Source of the DNA: Mycobacteriales bacterium
GTDB taxonomy: Bacteria > Actinomycetota > Actinomycetes > Mycobacteriales > SCTD01
Direction: 5' to 3'
Length of the DNA: 32,609 nt
NCBI GenBank assembly: GCA_046262175.1
Contig: JBHENF010000071.1
Coordinates: 1 to 32,609 of the forward strand
The position numbers and the translations under genes were made by a program. Below, one piece after another: positions 16,449 through 30,347 of this stretch (the stretch's first letter is position 1; every line of letters starts with the position of its first letter). The notes beneath the pieces are model-generated. The model ran no database searches, was not told where the DNA came from, and saw only the letters and a program-made list of their open reading frames with translations.

Positions 16449-17528
16449 CTAGACCACCCGGTGGACCCAGCCGCGGGTGTCTTCCGTCCGGCCGTACTGG
16501 ATGTCGAGCAGCGCGTTGCGCAGCTTCGTCGTCACCTCGCCGGGCTCGCCGTCGCCCGCGACCGCTTCGCCGCCGGGCCAGCGGAGCGCGCCCACCGGCG
16601 TGATGACCGCAGCCGTACCGCAGGCGAACACCTCCACGACCGAGCCGTCGACCGCACCCTTGCGCCACTCGTCGACGTCCACCTTGCGCTCCTCGACCTC
16701 GTGCCCCAGCTCGCGGGCGAGGGTGATGACGCAGTCGCGGGTGACGCCTTCGAGGATGGTGCCGCTGAGCGCCGGGGTGACGAGGCGCCCGTCGTCCATG
16801 ACGAGGAACAGGTTCATGCCGCCCAGCTCCTCGATCCAGCGCTGCTCGAGCGCGTCGAGGAAGACGACCTGGTCGCAGCCGTTGTCCGCCGCCTCCTGCT
16901 GCGCGACCAGCGACGCCGCGTAGTTGCCACCCGTCTTCGCCGCACCCATGCCTCCTGGGGCGGCCCGCGTGTACTCCTGCGAGAGCCACAGCGAGACCGG
17001 GCGCAGCGGGCCGGGGAAGTAGTTGCCGGCCGGCGAGGCGATGACCATGAACTGCGCGCTGTCGCTCGGCCGGACGCCCAGGCCGACCTCGTCGGCGAAC
17101 ATGAACGGCCGCAGGTAGAGCGACGCGCCCTCGCCGTCGGGGACCCAGTCCTTGTCCGTTCGTACGAGCAGCTCGCAGGCCGCGACGAAGTCGTCCTCGG
17201 GGAACACCGGCAAGGCGAGCCGCTGGCACGAGCGGACCATCCGCGCGGCGTTCTTCTCGGGTCGGAACATGGCCACGCCGCCGTCGGGCTGCCGGTACGC
17301 CTTGAGCCCCTCGAAGACCTCCTGCGCGTAGTGCAGGACGACGTTGGCCGGGTCCATGCTGAGCGGCCCGTACGGGACGAGGCGGCCGTCGTACCAGCCG
17401 GCGTCGCGGGTCCACCGGACGCTGACCATGTGGTCGGTGAACACGCGCCCGAAGGCAGGGGCGGCCAGCACCTTCGCGCGCGCCTCGGCGTCCACCGGCG
17501 TCCCGGTCGGCTGCAGCTCGAACTCCAC
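16449..17528 (-). CDS. ilvE: Branched-chain amino acid aminotransferase
   Basis: 359 aa, class-IV aminotransferase of the long actinobacterial type (FTDHMV, EVFEGLKAYR, GGMGAAKTGGNYAAS). Confidence 0.95.
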   Translation of the reverse strand: MEFELQPTGTPVDAEARAKVLAAPAFGRVFTDHMVSVRWTRDAGWYDGRLVPYGPLSMDPANVVLHYAQEVFEGLKAYRQPDGGVAMFRPEKNAARMVRSCQRLALPVFPEDDFVAACELLVRTDKDWVPDGEGASLYLRPFMFADEVGLGVRPSDSAQFMVIASPAGNYFPGPLRPVSLWLSQEYTRAAPGGMGAAKTGGNYAASLVAQQEAADNGCDQVVFLDALEQRWIEELGGMNLFLVMDDGRLVTPALSGTILEGVTRDCVITLARELGHEVEERKVDVDEWRKGAVDGSVVEVFACGTAAVITPVGALRWPGGEAVAGDGEPGEVTTKLRNALLDIQYGRTEDTRGWVHRVV

Positions 17529-17568
17529 CCGCGTGCCCCTCTCGTCGAGGCCCCACGGTATCGGGCGA

Positions 17569-20373
<2,805 letters not shown>

Positions 20374-20392
20374 CGCAGCCGACGCTACACGT

Positions 20393-21850
20393 CTACCTGG
20401 CGGTGACGGACACGGTGTTCGAGCGCGAGCTGGTGTTGCCGGCGGCATCGCGAGCCGTCACGAAGTAGCTGTAGCTACGACCGCTCTTGAGGCCGTTGTT
20501 GGTGAGACTGGTGCCTGTCACCGTCGCGATCACGGCATACGACGTGCTGGAGCCGGTTGCCCGCCAGACGTCGTACGCGGTGACGCCCACGTCGTCGCCG
20601 GCGGCGCGCCAGCTCAAAGCGGCGCTCCGGCTGCCGGCGGCGCCGGTCAGGCCGGTGGGCGCGGTCGGTGGCATGGTGTCGGCAGCCGGCGGCGGTGCGG
20701 ACCCGCCGCTCGCTGCGATGCGGGCCGCGACGTCGCTGCGCACGGCAGGGAGGCCGGAGTAGAAGGTGCCGCCCGGACACTCCGTCGAGCCGTAGTCACG
20801 GTGACCGCCGATGTTGGCGGTGGTGATGACGCTGCCGCTCACCGGGTTGGTGAAGGACGCGGTCGCCTGCGGGTCGATGCCGTTGCGATCGGCCTCCCAC
20901 GCCAGCACGTCCTCGAGCGCGCTCTTCGCCGCCGGAGTCGCGTCCTGGTTGGTCAACGTGCCCAGCAGCGCGATGCCGACGGTTCCGCTGTTCCAGCCAG
21001 AGGTGTGTGCACCGGTGACGCCGCGACCGAGGGCGTCGTCGCCGCTCGGGGAGACCCCCGCGGCGTAGTCGCGCGAGTGCCGTCCCTCGTAGACCTTGCC
21101 GGTCTCGTCGACGAGGAAGTTGTAGCCGATGTCGCCCCAGCCCTGGGTGACGCAGTGGTAGTAGTAGATCGACCGGATCCGCGACTGCACGGTAGCCGGA
21201 TCGGTCTCGCCGTTCGGCGTGTCCGTGTGGTGGACGACCAGCTTCTTGCTGGCGTAGAAGGTCGTCGGCCACGTCTCGACGCCGTTCTTGAACCGAAGGC
21301 TCTCGTCCGCCCCCCAGCCGGCGCGGGAGAGCACGCCGGGTTGCGGCACGGCAGCAGACGCGGTCGCCTCGACCCGGTGGCGGGTCGCCGTGCGGGCCCC
21401 GTCGCGCATGCCCAGCACCGACACGCGGGCCAGAACCCGGTCGCTGGTCACCCGCACGGCGACCGCGCCGGCGGCCGACCGGATCGCGCCGTACGTCACC
21501 CCGTTGTGGCGCTGCTCACCGGCCTCGTCCCGACCGGCGTCGACGGGCGCGCGAAAGGTCACCCCGTCAGCGCTGAAAGCGAGGCTGACCCGGGCGGCCG
21601 GCGCCCCGCGCCAGTACGCCGCCACGTCCGCGGCCCGGGCGGGCAGTCGCAGCACCACGGAGCGGACGGCTGTGGCGGACGCGGTGTGGGCGTCGGTGCG
21701 CACCGAGACGGAGGTGGCGAAGGCCGCCGGCTGCGCGAGCAGGAGCCAGCTGAGTGGGACGGCGGCGGCGAGCACGACGGCGGTACGACGGGGCACGGGG
21801 AACCTCAGGACTGGGCCGAACGGACGAGCGCCAGTGTCCGGTATCGACAT
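20393..21850 (-). CDS. Secreted N-acetylmuramoyl-L-alanine amidase (Amidase_2/PGRP domain) with unassigned N-terminal domain and C-terminal fibronectin type III domain
   Basis: True start ATG 21850 (MSIPDTGARPFGPVLRFPVPRRTAVVLAAAVPLSWLLLAQPAAFA signal). Amidase_2 features: VVHHTDTPN, GWGDIGYNFLVDETGKVYEGR, GHRDYGSTECPG. The FN3-like tail is PTAPTGLTGAAGSRSAALSWRAAGDDVGVTAYDVWR...YSYFVTARDAAGNTS. Confidence 0.85.
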   Translation of the reverse strand: MSIPDTGARPFGPVLRFPVPRRTAVVLAAAVPLSWLLLAQPAAFATSVSVRTDAHTASATAVRSVVLRLPARAADVAAYWRGAPAARVSLAFSADGVTFRAPVDAGRDEAGEQRHNGVTYGAIRSAAGAVAVRVTSDRVLARVSVLGMRDGARTATRHRVEATASAAVPQPGVLSRAGWGADESLRFKNGVETWPTTFYASKKLVVHHTDTPNGETDPATVQSRIRSIYYYHCVTQGWGDIGYNFLVDETGKVYEGRHSRDYAAGVSPSGDDALGRGVTGAHTSGWNSGTVGIALLGTLTNQDATPAAKSALEDVLAWEADRNGIDPQATASFTNPVSGSVITTANIGGHRDYGSTECPGGTFYSGLPAVRSDVAARIAASGGSAPPPAADTMPPTAPTGLTGAAGSRSAALSWRAAGDDVGVTAYDVWRATGSSTSYAVIATVTGTSLTNNGLKSGRSYSYFVTARDAAGNTSSRSNTVSVTAR

Positions 21851-21881
21851 CGAGATACCAATGGTCCGAACTGACCAGTTG

Positions 21882-22727
21882 TCAGACCAGGACCTCGCGG
21901 ACCGCTTCGGCGAAGGCGGCGGGCTCGTCCACCCACGGGAAGTGGCCGGCGCGCGGCAGGACGACGACCCGGGCACCGTCGAAGCTGGCGGCGACCGCGT
22001 GCGCCGCGGCGACTCCCGTCAGCGCGTCGCGCTCTCCCGCGAGAACGAGGACCGGGGCGGTCACCTCGCGCAGGCCGCCGAGCAGGGCCGCGACGTCGAC
22101 ATCCTCCTCGCGCGCCGGCCGGAAGCCCAGCTCGGCGCGCTTGCTCGTCTGCGTCTCCGCGGTCGCCGCGTGCGCCTGCGTCCGCTCGTCCCACCTGCCG
22201 TACATGAAGGGCCGGGCCGCCCGCCACAGCTGCTGCTGGATCTGCGGCGGCGCGGTCTCCAGCGCGTCCAGCGCCTCACGAGCCTCGGCGTACCAGGGCT
22301 CGTCCGCGCGCGCGGCGACCAGCTGAGCGACATCGGTCCGGTCGCTCCCCTGCAGCCGGCCGCTCGGCGTCACGAGCACCAGGGCGTCGACGCGATCCGG
22401 GTGCGCGGACGCCCACGCCTGCGCGACCATCGTCCCGGCGGAGTGGCCGAGCAGCGCGAGCCGCTCCTCGCCCAGGTGGACGCGCAGCGCCTCCACGTCC
22501 TCCGCGAGCCGGTCGAAGCGCAGCGACGCGGGATCGGCCGGCACCTCGCTGCGGCCGGTGGCGCGGCTGTCGAGCAGCACCAGCGTCCGGTCGGTGGACA
22601 GCCCGCCGAGGTCCTCCAGGTACGCGGCCGCGCGTCCTGGGCCGCCGGGCAGGCACACCAGCGGCGGCCCGCTGCCGACCTCGGCGTAGGACAGCCGCGT
22701 CCCGTCGTACGAGGAGAAGGTCGTCAC
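21882..22727 (-). CDS. Alpha/beta hydrolase (proline-iminopeptidase-like fold)
   Basis: 281 aa. The GTG start overlaps the serA stop (GTGA 22724-22727). Features: oxyanion-region LPGGPG, nucleophile elbow G-H-S-A-G (LLGHSAGTMVA), and C-terminal AGHFPWVDEP. Confidence 0.85.
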   Translation of the reverse strand: MTTFSSYDGTRLSYAEVGSGPPLVCLPGGPGRAAAYLEDLGGLSTDRTLVLLDSRATGRSEVPADPASLRFDRLAEDVEALRVHLGEERLALLGHSAGTMVAQAWASAHPDRVDALVLVTPSGRLQGSDRTDVAQLVAARADEPWYAEAREALDALETAPPQIQQQLWRAARPFMYGRWDERTQAHAATAETQTSKRAELGFRPAREEDVDVAALLGGLREVTAPVLVLAGERDALTGVAAAHAVAASFDGARVVVLPRAGHFPWVDEPAAFAEAVREVLV

Positions 22728-24313
22728 GCGAGGTCGACGGACCGGGCGCTGGTGGCCCCGATGGCTGCGGCGATGTCGTCGAGCACGGCGCTCGGCACAG
22801 CGCTGTCGACCGTGAGCGCCATGAGCGCGTCCCCGCCCTGCGCGGTGCGGCTCACCTGAGCGCCGGCGATGTTGACGGCGGCCTCCCCCAGGGCGGCACC
22901 GACACGGCCCACGACGCCGGGCTGGTCGGCATAGCGGAAGAACAGCAGGTGCTCGCTCGCCGGCAGGTCGACGTCGAAGCCGTCGACGGAGGTCAGCTTC
23001 TCGACCTGGCGGGTGCCGGCGAGGGTGCCCGAGACCTCGACCGCCTCCCCCGTCGGCAGCACGCCGCGCAGGGTCAGCAGGTTGCGGTAGTCGGGGCTGT
23101 CGGCGTCCGTCGTCAGCGACACCTCCAGGCCGCGCTCGGCGGCGAGCGCCGGCGCGTTGACGAAGGTCACTGCCTCCTCGACCACGTCGGCGAAGACGCC
23201 CTTCAGGGCGGCGAGCTGCAGGACCGAGACGTCGTACGCCGCGATCTCTCCCCGCACCTCCACCTCGAGCGTCGACGCGACGTGACCGGCGAGCGCCGTG
23301 AACACGCGGCCGAGCTTCTCGACGAGCGGAAGCGCCGGCCGCAGCTCGGGCACGACCGCTCCGCCGGCCTGGACGTTGACCGCGTCCGGCACGAAGTCGC
23401 CTTCGAGCGCGAGCTTCACCGACCGGGCGACGGCGATGCCGGCCTTGTCCTGCGCCTCAACGGTCGAAGCGCCGAGGTGCGGCGTCGCGACGACGCTGTC
23501 GAACTCGAACAGCGGCGAGTCCGTGCACGGCTCGGTCGCGAAGACGTCGATGCCGGCGCCGGCGACGTGCCCGCTCTTGAGCGCCTGCGCGAGCGCGTGC
23601 TCGTCGACGAGGCCGCCACGCGCCGCGTTGACGAATCGGACGCCCGGCTTGCACGTGGCGAGCTCCTTCTCGCCGATGAGGCCAACGGTCTCGGGCGTCT
23701 TCGGCAGGTGGATGGAGATGAAGTCGCTCTCGCGCAACAGCTCGTCCAGCGGCACCAGGCGGACGCCTATCTGCGCGGCGCGCGCCGGCTGGACGTACGG
23801 GTCGTAGGCCAGCAGCCGCACGCCGAACGCGGACATGCGCTGGGCGAACAGCACGCCGATCCGGCCGAGCCCGACGACGCCCACCGTCTTGTCCGCGACC
23901 TCGACGCCGGTCCACTTCGAGCGCTCCCACTTGCCGGCCTTGAGCGCTGCGCTGGCCGGGGCGATGTTGCGAGCGCAGGCGAGCAGCAGGGCGACTGCCT
24001 GCTCGGCGGCGCTGACGATGTTGGACTGCGGCGCGTTGACGACCATGACGCCGCGCGCGGTCGCCGCCGGAACGTCGACGTTGTCGAGGCCGATGCCGGC
24101 GCGCGCGATGACCTTGAGCCGTGGCGCGGCGGCCAGCGCCTCCTCGTCGATCTGCGTGGCGCTGCGGATCAGGACGGCGTCCGCGTCGGCCAGCGCCGGC
24201 AGCAGCGCGGCCCGATCCGCCCCGTCGCAGCTGCGGATGTCGAAGCCGTCGCCGAGCACGGCGACCACGGACGGAGCGAGCTCCTCGGCGATGAGCACGA
24301 CGGGCTGGGTCAC
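22724..24313 (-). CDS. serA: D-3-phosphoglycerate dehydrogenase (long type with ASB and ACT domains)
   Basis: True start GTG 24313 (VTQPVVLIAEELAPSVV...; 529 aa). NAD-binding motif GVVGLGRIGVLFAQR, a catalytic region ending in HLGAST, and a C-terminal ACT-like domain are present. The 913-aa track ORF extension is an artefact. Confidence 0.95.
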   Translation of the reverse strand: MTQPVVLIAEELAPSVVAVLGDGFDIRSCDGADRAALLPALADADAVLIRSATQIDEEALAAAPRLKVIARAGIGLDNVDVPAATARGVMVVNAPQSNIVSAAEQAVALLLACARNIAPASAALKAGKWERSKWTGVEVADKTVGVVGLGRIGVLFAQRMSAFGVRLLAYDPYVQPARAAQIGVRLVPLDELLRESDFISIHLPKTPETVGLIGEKELATCKPGVRFVNAARGGLVDEHALAQALKSGHVAGAGIDVFATEPCTDSPLFEFDSVVATPHLGASTVEAQDKAGIAVARSVKLALEGDFVPDAVNVQAGGAVVPELRPALPLVEKLGRVFTALAGHVASTLEVEVRGEIAAYDVSVLQLAALKGVFADVVEEAVTFVNAPALAAERGLEVSLTTDADSPDYRNLLTLRGVLPTGEAVEVSGTLAGTRQVEKLTSVDGFDVDLPASEHLLFFRYADQPGVVGRVGAALGEAAVNIAGAQVSRTAQGGDALMALTVDSAVPSAVLDDIAAAIGATSARSVDLA

Positions 24314-24448
24314 AGAGATCCTCAGGCAGGGTGCGGTGCAGGGCAGTCTACGTGGGCGACTGCGACGCAGATCGGACGTCCTGAGAGGATGAGGGCCGCT
24401 TCCCTCTCGGCTGCGCCCCCGCCGGTCCTCGTACAGCCTGGAGTTCGT

Positions 24449-26659
24449 GTGCGCCTCCCCCGCCTCCGACAGCTCGGTCTGGCAGGGGCGGTGCTCACCG
24501 CTCTGCTCGCGGGGTCCGCTGCCGTCCCCGCTGCAGACGCCTCGTCCACCGTGCTCCGCGGCCACCCGGTCGCCCAGGTGCTGCGTGCACCGGCGGCACC
24601 GACGGTCACCGGCCCGCGGCAGGCCCGCGCCACGAGGACGCCGGCAGCGACGCGGCCGGCCGTCTCCACGTGGCAGGTGACCTACTGCGGCTTCGAGAGC
24701 AACCCGCAGGCCAAGCAGGCCTTCCAGGCGGCGGTCGACACCTGGGCCGGCCTCATCGACACGCCGAACGACAGCGTGCCCATCCAGGTGAAGGCGACGT
24801 TCAAGAACCTCGGCGACCCGAACATCCTCGGGCAGGCCGGCCCCACCGACTTCGTGGTGCTCGACCCGCAGAACAACGGCGTGCGGACGTCGTACCCGGT
24901 CGCCCTCGCCAACGCCCTGCGCGGCCGCGACTCCACTCCCTCGTCCGGGATCGCGTGCGGCGATGCGACGACCAGCGACGGCAGCGACATCACCGCGGAG
25001 TTCAACAGCGGGGCGCAGCAGGTCTACTACGGCACCGACGGCCAGCTGCCGGACGCGTCGTACGTCGACTTCGAGACGATCGTGCTGCACGAGCTCGGCC
25101 ACGGCCTCGGCTTCCTGGGCTCCATGGACGTGGACAGCTCCGGACGGGGCAGCTACGGCGCGGGGACCCCGTACCCGGACATCTACGACCGCTTCACCGT
25201 CCGCTCCGCCGGCAGCATCCAGCGCAAGCCGCTGCTGTCCTACCCGAACACGTCCACGGCGCTCGGGGAGGCGCTGACCAGCGGCGCCGTCTACTGGGAC
25301 GGAGCGCTCGGCAAGGCCGCCTACAACGGCCGGCCACCGCGTCTGTACGCGCCGTCGCAGTTCCTGCGGGCCAGCAGCTTCAGCCACCTGTCGGACGTGG
25401 ACTTCCCGGCGGGCGACCCGAACTCGCTGATGACGCCGTTCGTCGAGAACAACGAGGTGATCCACGAGCCTGGGCCGGTCGTGCTCGGGATGTTCGCCGA
25501 CATGGGCTACCGCACACCGCAGCCCGGCGGCCAGCGGTACGAAGCGGTCGACCCGTTCCGGCTGCTCGACACCCGCGGCGGCGCCCCGCTCGGCAGCGAC
25601 ACGTTCTTCGACCTACGGGTGACCGGCGGCAGCGTGCCCGCGGCCGCGACCGCCGTGGTCCTCGACGTGACCGCTACCGGCGGCTCGTCCGCGAGCGAGA
25701 CGACGGTGTTCCCGACGCCGCGCGCCGGCTCCGCCCGACCGGTCGCGCCGAACGTCCGCGCCGAGGCGGGCGCGACCCGCACGACGCTGCTGACCGTCCC
25801 CGTCGGCACGGACGGCATGGTGCGCATCTACACCCGCGTCGGGTCCCCGCAGCTCGTCCTCGACGTCCTCGGCTGGTACGGCCCGGGCGGCACGTCGGCC
25901 TACCGCGGCACCGGCCCACTGCGCGTCGCGGACACCCGCGACGGCACCGGCGGCGTCCAGGTCGGCCGGCTCGATGCCAGCCGCAGCGTCGACGTACAGG
26001 TCACCGGCGGCAGCACAGGCGTCCCGGCCACCGCCGACGCCGTGGTGGTGACAGTCACGGCGTTGAACGCGACGACCGCCAGCGGCGTCCGGGTCGTCCC
26101 CCGGCCGTCCTCGACCGCGGCCGCTCCGCTGACGACCTCCCTGAGCGTCACGCCGGGCGAGGTCGCGACCAGCTCCGTCATCACGAAGGTCAGCAGCGAC
26201 GGGTACGTCCGCGTCACCGTCGACCAGGGTGCGACCGACGTGGTGCTGCGCCTCACCGGCTGGTACGACGACGCGGCGGATGGGCTGTTCCACGTCCTCG
26301 GGACCGATCGAGTGCTCGCGGGGCTGGTCGGCAGCAAGCAGGCGACCAACCGGACGACCTCCCGCGACGTGGCCGTGACCGGCGTCTCCGGCGTCCCCGT
26401 CAACGGCGTCGCCGCGGTCCTCGCGGTGCTGTCCGTGACAGCTTCCGGCGCCACAGAGCTGAGCCTCTACCCCGCTCCCACCGATGGCCGGGTCAGCCGC
26501 GTGCCGACGCTGGACCTGCGGCCGCGGGAGACGGCCGCCACGAGCACGACCGTCCGAGTCGGCGCGACGGACGGTGCCGGCCGTTCGCTGGTGCGCCTCA
26601 CGAACGCGCGCGGCCAGGTGTTCGCCGCCCTCGACCTGATGGGCTGGTTCGGCCCCTGA
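24449..26659 (+). CDS. Secreted zinc-metalloprotease-like protein (HExxH, HELGHGLGF) followed by three tandem ~120-aa beta-rich repeats
   Basis: Start taken as GTG 24449, with GGAG 5 nt upstream. This gives a classical signal peptide (M)RLPRLRQLGLAGAVLTALLAGSAAVPAADA. ATG 24389 is the in-frame alternative. HELGH lies at 25088-25102. The repeats lie at ~25537-25890, ~25901-26270 and ~26285-26656. The upstream 1.4 kb of the 1236-aa track ORF is antisense to serA and not coding. Confidence 0.8.
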   Translation: MRLPRLRQLGLAGAVLTALLAGSAAVPAADASSTVLRGHPVAQVLRAPAAPTVTGPRQARATRTPAATRPAVSTWQVTYCGFESNPQAKQAFQAAVDTWAGLIDTPNDSVPIQVKATFKNLGDPNILGQAGPTDFVVLDPQNNGVRTSYPVALANALRGRDSTPSSGIACGDATTSDGSDITAEFNSGAQQVYYGTDGQLPDASYVDFETIVLHELGHGLGFLGSMDVDSSGRGSYGAGTPYPDIYDRFTVRSAGSIQRKPLLSYPNTSTALGEALTSGAVYWDGALGKAAYNGRPPRLYAPSQFLRASSFSHLSDVDFPAGDPNSLMTPFVENNEVIHEPGPVVLGMFADMGYRTPQPGGQRYEAVDPFRLLDTRGGAPLGSDTFFDLRVTGGSVPAAATAVVLDVTATGGSSASETTVFPTPRAGSARPVAPNVRAEAGATRTTLLTVPVGTDGMVRIYTRVGSPQLVLDVLGWYGPGGTSAYRGTGPLRVADTRDGTGGVQVGRLDASRSVDVQVTGGSTGVPATADAVVVTVTALNATTASGVRVVPRPSSTAAAPLTTSLSVTPGEVATSSVITKVSSDGYVRVTVDQGATDVVLRLTGWYDDAADGLFHVLGTDRVLAGLVGSKQATNRTTSRDVAVTGVSGVPVNGVAAVLAVLSVTASGATELSLYPAPTDGRVSRVPTLDLRPRETAATSTTVRVGATDGAGRSLVRLTNARGQVFAALDLMGWFGP

Positions 26660-26665
26660 CGCACG

Positions 26666-26697
26666 CACGGCCCGCTCCTCAGCAGGAGCGGGCCGTG
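26666..26697. terminator. Bidirectional intrinsic-terminator-like hairpin between the convergent metalloprotease-like gene and ilvC
   Basis: CACGGCCCGCTCCT-cagc-AGGAGCGGGCCGTG: a perfect 14-bp stem with a 4-nt loop. It lies 7 nt after the plus-strand stop and 14 nt after the ilvC stop. Confidence 0.7.
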
Positions 26698-26710
26698 TGC
26701 GGAGTTCGGG

Positions 26711-28310
<1,600 letters not shown>

Positions 28311-28311
28311 G

Positions 28312-30060
28312 TCAGACCATCCCGTCGCTGTCCCAGTCGGGCCGCGTGTCGCGGGCCGCGAGGATCTCGTCGTTGCTCGTGCCGGCCGGCACCATGGGCC
28401 ACACCATCGCGTCCTCGCCGACGACGAAGTCGATGACGCATGGCGCGTCGTCGACGGCCATGGCCTTCTCGATCGTCGCGTCCACGTCGTCCTTGTTGTC
28501 GCAGCGCAGCCCGATGCAGCCCATCGCCTCCGCGAGCTTGACGAAGTCCGGGATGCGCTTGGACTGCAGCCGCGTGTTGGAGTAACGCGCTTCGTAGAAC
28601 AGCGTCTGCCACTGGCGGACCATCCCGAGGTTGCCGTTGTTGATGACGGCGACCTTGATCGGGATCCCCTCGATCGCGCAGGTGACGAGCTCCTGGTTGG
28701 TCATCTGGAAGCAGCCGTCGCCGTCGATGGCCCAGACCGTCGCCTCCGGCCGCCCCACCTTCGCGCCCATGGCCGCCGGGACGGAGTAGCCCATGGTCCC
28801 GGCGCCGCCGCTGTTCAGCCAGGTGTAGGGGTTCTCGTACGAGATGAACTGGCTGGCCCACATCTGGTGCTGACCGACGCCGGCCACGTAGAGCGCGTCG
28901 GGGCCGGCGATCTTCCCGATGCGCGAGATGACGTGCTGCGGCGCGAGCGAGCCGTCGGTGGGCTCCTCGTATCCGAGCGGGTAGGTCGTGCGCCAGCTGT
29001 CGAGGCTCTTCCACCAGCCGGTCAGGTCGGCGCGGGTGCCGGCGGCGAACAGCTCCTGCAGGGCGACGACCAGGTCGGCGATGGTCTCGCGCACGTCGCC
29101 GACGATCGGGACGTCCACCTCACGGTTCTTGCCGATCTCGGCCGGATCGATGTCGGCGTGCACGACCTTCGCGTCCGGCGCGAAGCTGGACAGCTTGCCG
29201 GTGACGCGGTCGTCGAAGCGGGCGCCGAGGGTGATGAGCAGGTCGGACTTCTGCAGCGCGGTGACCGCGGCGACGCTGCCGTGCATCCCCGGCATGCCGA
29301 GGTGCTGCGCGTGGCTGTCCGGGAAGGCGCCACGGGCCATCAGGGTCGTGACCACCGGGATGCCCGTCAGTTCGGCGAGGATCCGCAGCTCCTTCGCCGC
29401 GCGCGCCTTCAGCACGCCGCCGCCGACGTACAGGACCGGTCGCCTCGCCGACGCGATGAGACCGGCTGCCTCCCGGACCTGCTTCGGATGCGGCTTCGTC
29501 GTCGGGTGGTAGCCCGGCAGGTCGAGGGTCGGCGGCCACGAGAAGGCGCCGGTCGCCTGCAGGATGTCCTTGGGCAGGTCGACCAGGACCGGTCCGGGAC
29601 GGCCCGTGCTCGCCAGGTGGAACGCCTCCGCGATCGTGCGCGGAATGTCCTCGACGTTCTGCACCAGGAAGTTGTGCTTCGTGATCGGCATCGTGATGCC
29701 GACGATGTCCGCCTCCTGGAAGGCGTCCGTGCCGATGGAGGCGCTCGGCACCTGGCCGGTGATGGCGACGATCGGGACCGAGTCCATGTAGGCATCTGCG
29801 ATCGGCGTGACGAGGTTGGTCGCGCCGGGCCCGCTTGTCGCCATGCACACGCCGACCTTGCCGGTCGCCTGCGCGTAGCCCTCGGCTGCGTGGCCGCCGC
29901 CCTGCTCGTGCCGCACGAGGATGTGGCGAACCTTCTCGGAGTCGAACAGCGGGTCGTACGCCGGCAGGATCGCGCCGCCGGGGATCCCGAAGACGACCTC
30001 CGCCCCGACGCTCTCCAGGGAACGGACGAGCGACTGGGCTCCGGTCAGGCTCTCGGTCAT
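28312..30060 (-). CDS. ilvB: Acetolactate synthase large (catalytic) subunit
   Basis: True start ATG 30060 ([29 protein letters not shown]...; 582 aa). ThDP-binding region [17 protein letters not shown]...[14 protein letters not shown]...[12 protein letters not shown] is present. The track start at 30114 lies inside the attenuator hairpin. Confidence 0.95.
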   Translation of the reverse strand: MTESLTGAQSLVRSLESVGAEVVFGIPGGAILPAYDPLFDSEKVRHILVRHEQGGGHAAEGYAQATGKVGVCMATSGPGATNLVTPIADAYMDSVPIVAITGQVPSASIGTDAFQEADIVGITMPITKHNFLVQNVEDIPRTIAEAFHLASTGRPGPVLVDLPKDILQATGAFSWPPTLDLPGYHPTTKPHPKQVREAAGLIASARRPVLYVGGGVLKARAAKELRILAELTGIPVVTTLMARGAFPDSHAQHLGMPGMHGSVAAVTALQKSDLLITLGARFDDRVTGKLSSFAPDAKVVHADIDPAEIGKNREVDVPIVGDVRETIADLVVALQELFAAGTRADLTGWWKSLDSWRTTYPLGYEEPTDGSLAPQHVISRIGKIAGPDALYVAGVGQHQMWASQFISYENPYTWLNSGGAGTMGYSVPAAMGAKVGRPEATVWAIDGDGCFQMTNQELVTCAIEGIPIKVAVINNGNLGMVRQWQTLFYEARYSNTRLQSKRIPDFVKLAEAMGCIGLRCDNKDDVDATIEKAMAVDDAPCVIDFVVGEDAMVWPMVPAGTSNDEILAARDTRPDWDSDGMV

Positions 30061-30091
30061 GGGCTTGCTTCCTTCGGACTGCGTGGGCAAC

Positions 30092-30121
30092 AAAAAACCC
30101 CTCGTGCCAGGCACGGAGGGG
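30092..30121 (-). terminator. ilvB leader attenuator terminator (hairpin + U6)
   Basis: RNA sense: CCCCUC(C)GUGC-cug-GCACGAGGGG followed by UUUUUUG, 31 nt upstream of the ilvB ATG. The leader segment CCUCGUGC (30174-30181) is perfectly complementary to the 3' arm GCACGAGG and may act as an antiterminator. A second hairpin AGCGCGUC...GACGCGCU (30124-30152) begins at the leader stop codon. Confidence 0.75.
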
Positions 30122-30150
30122 TGAGCGCGTCGGCCGGATCGGCGGACGCG

Positions 30151-30177
30151 CTAGGGAACTACGACGAGGCGGTGCAC
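30151..30177 (-). promoter_or_regulatory. ilvB leader peptide ORF, Val/Leu-rich (V/M-H-R-L-V-V-V-P-stop; in-frame longer version from GTG 30198: VVAQADLVHRLVVVP)
   Basis: GTG CAC CGC CTC GTC GTA GTT CCC TAG. The RLVVV core is the same as in the Corynebacterium glutamicum ilvB leader peptide (MTIIRLVVVTARRLP, from memory). It lies directly upstream of the hairpins and U-tract terminator. Confidence 0.5.
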
Positions 30178-30183
30178 GAGGTC

Positions 30184-30212
30184 AGCCTGCGCGACCACTG
30201 CCCCTGTGTCAA
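30184..30212 (-). promoter_or_regulatory. Possible ilvB promoter (-35 TTGACA, 17-nt spacer, weak -10 CAGGCT)
   Basis: TTGACA lies at 30212-30207 and CAGGCT at 30189-30184 (minus sense). The predicted start site falls at or near the leader GTG (30177), which would make the leader ORF leaderless. The -10 is poor, so this is tentative. Confidence 0.3.
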
Positions 30213-30347
30213 GACGGTGGGACGACCGTCCCACATCCTGGGACCCGCGTACGAAGGCGGCGCTCCGCCCCGGCCGGCGGACCCGGTACGGCGAGGGCAG
30301 CGAGATCCCGCCGACACGCTTCGGTAACGGGAGCCGGCCGCGCGGGC

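Noticed and set aside
21841-21885. Short inverted repeats GTATC...GATAC (21841-21858) and CTGAC-cagtt-GTCAG (21871-21885) between the hydrolase and amidase genes
   Set aside because: The arms are only 5 bp, which is expected by chance. There is no U-tract and no supporting context.
22949-24388. N-terminal 480 codons of the 1236-aa plus-strand ORF 22949..26659
   Set aside because: This part is antisense to serA and translates to R/D/L/G-rich junk. A signal peptide with an SD-preceded GTG appears only at 24449, so the real gene starts there (or at ATG 24389).
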